64,000 bases of DNA from Alphaproteobacteria bacterium (GTDB lineage Bacteria > Pseudomonadota > Alphaproteobacteria > CALKHQ01). The stretch covers positions 3,552,001 to 3,616,000 of the forward strand of contig CBDDFZ010000001.1 of the NCBI GenBank assembly GCA_965227515.1, read 5' to 3'. Numbering within the stretch: the first letter of the stretch is position 1; every line of letters starts with the position of its first letter. The notes under the pieces were generated by a model. That model had not been told where the DNA came from and made no database searches. It saw only the letters and a list, made by a program, of their open reading frames with translations. A program made the position numbers and the translations under genes. Below are positions 60,676-64,000 of the stretch, one piece after another.

Positions 60676-61625
60676 GGGTGCGCGCAGCGCTGGCCTGCGC
60701 TGCCATGCTGTCCATCACCGCCGCCGATGGGGAGGCCCGGCCCGTGGCCCAAAGCCTGACCGAAATCGTCCCGTTCGACACCTACGCCTTCCCGTACGAC
60801 GGCATCAGCCCGATCACCGACCAGCCGTTCCTGGATGTGATCGAGGATGGGCGGCGCGGCCACACGTCGCCGCGCGCCGGCCTGTTGTGGGAGGACGAGC
60901 ACTATTTCGACCGCAGCACGCTGCTGCACATCCCCGCCGGCTTCGATCCCGACGCGCCGGCGGCCCTGGTCGTGTTCTTCCATGGCAACCAGACCATCCT
61001 GGAGCGCGATGTCGTTGGCCGCCAGCGGGTGCCGGCCCAGCTCGAGGCATCGGGCCTGAACGCGGTGCTGGCGGCACCGCAGCTTGCCTATGACGCGCCC
61101 GATTCCAGCGCCGGCGGCTTCTGGCGGCCGCGCGCGTTCCAGCAATGGCTGAGCGAGGCGTCGGCCCGGCTGGCCGGCATGCTTGGCGACCACGACCTGT
61201 CGTCGCGCATCGACGATCTGCCGATCGTGCTGGTCGCCTACAGCGGCGGCTACAACCCGGCGGCCTATGCGTTGTCGGTCGGCGGCGCGCGCGGGCGCGT
61301 CTGCGGCACGATCCTGCTCGACGGCCCCTATGACGACGAGGAAGCCTTCGTCGACTGGATCGCGCGCCGTGGCGACGGCTTCTTCATCAGCGCCCACTCG
61401 AAGTCCGCCTCGGAAAGCAACGAGGAACTGCGCACCCTGTTGACGGCGCGCGGCATTCCCTTCCAACAGGTCGCGCGCGACCCCCATCCGGCGCCGGGCG
61501 CGGTGACTTTCCTGGACGTCGGCGAGGATGTGCCGCACGAGGATTTCGTGACCCAGGCCTGGCGCCCCAATCCTCTGCAATGGTTCCTGAGCCAGCTTGC
61601 GGATCGGGAGCTCTGCGCCGGATAG
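60672..61625 (+). CDS. Putative secreted alpha/beta-hydrolase-fold protein
   Basis: ATG overlaps the upstream stop (ATGA); N-terminal signal-like segment; VVFFHGN, LAAPQ, VAYSGGY elbow, LLDG, late His (VPHE). Confidence 0.7.
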   Translation: MRVRAALACAAMLSITAADGEARPVAQSLTEIVPFDTYAFPYDGISPITDQPFLDVIEDGRRGHTSPRAGLLWEDEHYFDRSTLLHIPAGFDPDAPAALVVFFHGNQTILERDVVGRQRVPAQLEASGLNAVLAAPQLAYDAPDSSAGGFWRPRAFQQWLSEASARLAGMLGDHDLSSRIDDLPIVLVAYSGGYNPAAYALSVGGARGRVCGTILLDGPYDDEEAFVDWIARRGDGFFISAHSKSASESNEELRTLLTARGIPFQQVARDPHPAPGAVTFLDVGEDVPHEDFVTQAWRPNPLQWFLSQLADRELCAG

Positions 61626-61789
61626 CCGGCACAGCGTCTCGCTTGCCACCCCGGCGCCCGAAGGCCTAGGTTTGACCCACCAATCCCGCGCGCCCGGCAC
61701 GCCGATCCGACCGGTCACCGTCGATCTCGTGCCCAGGCATTCGCCGCACGCTGCGCGCCACCAGCACCCCTTTGAGGAGTGGAAGGTAA

Positions 61790-63232
61790 ATGGCCGATTC
61801 CAAGCCCGCCGCCCAATCGCCCGATTACGTCGAGCGCTTCGAGGATGCCATCGAGCGCAACCGGCCGCGCATCGCCGACGCCAAGGCGGCGCTGGAGAAG
61901 GCGGGCGTGAAGTACGTGATGGCGTGCTGGATCGACCTGCACGGCCTGCCCAAGACCAAGCCGGTGCCGATGGCGGAGTTCGAGACGGTCTGCCTGGGCA
62001 AGGGGCCGCAGTTCGCCGTTCATTCGGTCTCGTTCGTGCCGGAGCTGTCGCCCGCGGATTCCGACCAGATCGTCGTGCCGGACCTGGACGCGGTCTATGT
62101 CTGCCCGTGGGACACCAGCATGGCGATGGTGTTCTCCGACCTCTACTGGGAGGGCGCGCCCTACAATGTGTGCCCGCGCCAGGCCTTGCGCCGCGCCATG
62201 CGCGATGCCCGTCAGGCCGGGTATGTCGGCTATGCCGGGGTCGAGCCCGAGTTCATCGTGATGCGCCACGACGAGGCCGGCCAGCCGGTGAAGGCGTTCG
62301 ACGACGATCCGCCGGAGGGCGTGCGCCCGCGCCGCCAGGCCTTTGGCTACGACGTGGAATACTCCATCGATTCCATGCCGTTCCTGAAGGACATGATCGA
62401 CATCCTGGGCGGGCTGGGCTGGGACCTGCGCGACGTGGTTGCCGAGGGCGCCTATTCCCAGTTCGAGCTCGATTTCGGTTACACGAACTTGTTGCAGATG
62501 GCCGACCGGCTGGCTTTCCTGCGCATCGTGCTGAAGGAGGTGGCCAAGAAGCACGGCATGTTCGTCACCTTCATGCCGAAGCCGACTACCGGCGACTGGC
62601 GCTCCGGCGCGCACATCAATTTCTCGCTGCGCAGCACCGCCACCCCCGAGGACAATCTGTTCCAGCAGGGCGACGGCTGGTCGCCGCAGGCCGGCCACGC
62701 GGTCGGCGGGTTGATGGCCCATGCCGAGGCGCTGACCGCCATCACCTGCCCGACGGTCAACTCCTATAACGGGCTGGTGCCGCGCGTCGGCGGGTTCGAG
62801 GGCGGCACCGTCACCTGGGCGCCGACCAACATCACCTACGGTCACAATAACCGCTCCGCGCAGTTCCGCCTGCCGCAGAACCGGTTCTGCATCGAGAACC
62901 GGGCGGCGGACATGACCATGAACCCCTACCTGGCCTTCGCCATGACCCTGACATCGGCGATCGAGGGCATCGAGAAGGGCATCGATCCCGGTCCGCCGAC
63001 CGACCGCGACCTCTACGCGATGACACGGGAGGAGTTCGACGAACTCGGTATTCGGCGGCTGCCGCGCAACCTGTTGCAGGCGACGGAGGCACTGGCCACC
63101 GACCCTCTGGCCACGCGGGTGCTGGGGCCGACGATGCTGAAGTCCTACCTCGCCTACAAGAACGACGAGTGGGAGCGTTACCACCAGGCGGTGACCGACT
63201 GGGAGGTGCAGGAGTATCTGAGGCTCTACTGA
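61790..63232 (+). CDS. Glutamine synthetase family ligase (GlnT/GmaS-like gamma-glutamylamide synthetase)
   Basis: [39 protein letters not shown]...NNRS, IENR. Confidence 0.85.
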   Translation: MADSKPAAQSPDYVERFEDAIERNRPRIADAKAALEKAGVKYVMACWIDLHGLPKTKPVPMAEFETVCLGKGPQFAVHSVSFVPELSPADSDQIVVPDLDAVYVCPWDTSMAMVFSDLYWEGAPYNVCPRQALRRAMRDARQAGYVGYAGVEPEFIVMRHDEAGQPVKAFDDDPPEGVRPRRQAFGYDVEYSIDSMPFLKDMIDILGGLGWDLRDVVAEGAYSQFELDFGYTNLLQMADRLAFLRIVLKEVAKKHGMFVTFMPKPTTGDWRSGAHINFSLRSTATPEDNLFQQGDGWSPQAGHAVGGLMAHAEALTAITCPTVNSYNGLVPRVGGFEGGTVTWAPTNITYGHNNRSAQFRLPQNRFCIENRAADMTMNPYLAFAMTLTSAIEGIEKGIDPGPPTDRDLYAMTREEFDELGIRRLPRNLLQATEALATDPLATRVLGPTMLKSYLAYKNDEWERYHQAVTDWEVQEYLRLY

Positions 63233-64000
63233 TGGCCACCGCACCGGACTGCGAGGTCTTCGACCTCGGCGACGTGACGCTGCTGTCGGGCGAGGTGCTG
63301 CGCGGCGCGCGGCTGGCCTACAAGACCTATGGCGCGCTGGCGCCGGACGGCGGCAATGTGGTGGTGCTGCCGACCTTCTACACCGGCAGCCACATGCGCA
63401 ACGAAGGCTTCTTCGGCACCGGGCGCGCCATCGATCCGGCCCGCCACTTCATCGTCTCGATCAATATGTTCGGCAACGGCATCTCGTCGTCGCCGAGCAA
63501 CACGCCGGCCCCGCAGGACAGTCCGCGCTTCCCGCTGGTGACGTTGTGGGACAACATCGCCTGCCAGCACCGGCTGCTGACCGAGCGCCTGGGTGTGGAA
63601 CGCATCGCGCTCGTCGCCGGCTGGTCGATGGCCGGCTGCCAGGCCTATCAGTGGGGCGCGCAATACCCGGATATGGTCGACGCCATCCTGCCGTTCTGCG
63701 CTTCGGCCCGCACCTCGCCGCACAATTGGGTGTTCCTGGAGGGCGTGAAGGCGGCACTGTGCGCGGACCAGGGCTGGAAGGGCGGCGACTACGCTTCGCC
63801 ACCGGTCGCCGGGCTGAAGGCATTCGCGCGCGTCTATGCCGGCTGGGCCTATTCGCAGACCTTCTATCGCGAGGGGCTCTTCCGCCAGCTCGGCTTCGCG
63901 ACGCCGGAAGACCTGCTGGTCGACTGGGAGGACGACCACGCCACGAACTGGGATGCCAACGACCTGCTGGCCAAGCTCGCGACCTGGCAGGCCGGCGATA
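63232..64000 (+). CDS. Homoserine O-acetyltransferase (MetX)-like alpha/beta hydrolase, 3'-truncated by the window end
   Basis: Not in the ORF track. ATG overlaps the GS stop; [49 protein letters not shown]. Confidence 0.8.
   Translation, partial: MATAPDCEVFDLGDVTLLSGEVLRGARLAYKTYGALAPDGGNVVVLPTFYTGSHMRNEGFFGTGRAIDPARHFIVSINMFGNGISSSPSNTPAPQDSPRFPLVTLWDNIACQHRLLTERLGVERIALVAGWSMAGCQAYQWGAQYPDMVDAILPFCASARTSPHNWVFLEGVKAALCADQGWKGGDYASPPVAGLKAFARVYAGWAYSQTFYREGLFRQLGFATPEDLLVDWEDDHATNWDANDLLAKLATWQAGD

Noticed and set aside
58239-61625. 1128-aa ORF as a single protein
   Set aside because: The first ~810 codons are an Arg/Pro-rich off-frame shadow of the membrane gene; the real gene starts at 60672.

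Overview
GC-rich bacterial chromosome segment, most likely alphaproteobacterial (gene content, CGTC/TGTC-tagged palindromic repeats, form II coxSLM). It is densely coding and made almost entirely of accessory catabolic, transport and stress modules. From start to end: (1) an IclR-regulated aromatic cluster (MetE-like Zn enzyme, Tat amidohydrolase, intradiol dioxygenase, citryl-CoA-lyase-like protein, CoA transferase, YciI, TRAP, FMN reductase); (2) an oxidative sugar operon with dgoD and a sugar ABC system; (3) an AT-richer three-gene signalling islet; (4) a PotABCD-like ABC system with a form II coxSLM-like Mo-hydroxylase, an amidase and a LysR; (5) glgB-glgX-treZ-treY; (6) TRAP plus GntR; (7) a NitT/TauT ABC system with FAD oxidoreductase, CoA transferase, crotonase, ferredoxin and LysR; (8) two tandem Tat-signal protein-L-isoaspartate methyltransferases, followed by a ~14-TM membrane protein with an apparently periplasm-facing SAM-methyltransferase-fold domain and a secreted hydrolase; (9) a GS-family ligase and a MetX-like hydrolase (truncated). 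Module 8 is the most striking: it is a candidate periplasmic SAM-supply and protein-repair system. No rRNA, tRNA, CRISPR, integrase or transposase was recognised. All calls come from motif recognition by eye; no database searches were run.
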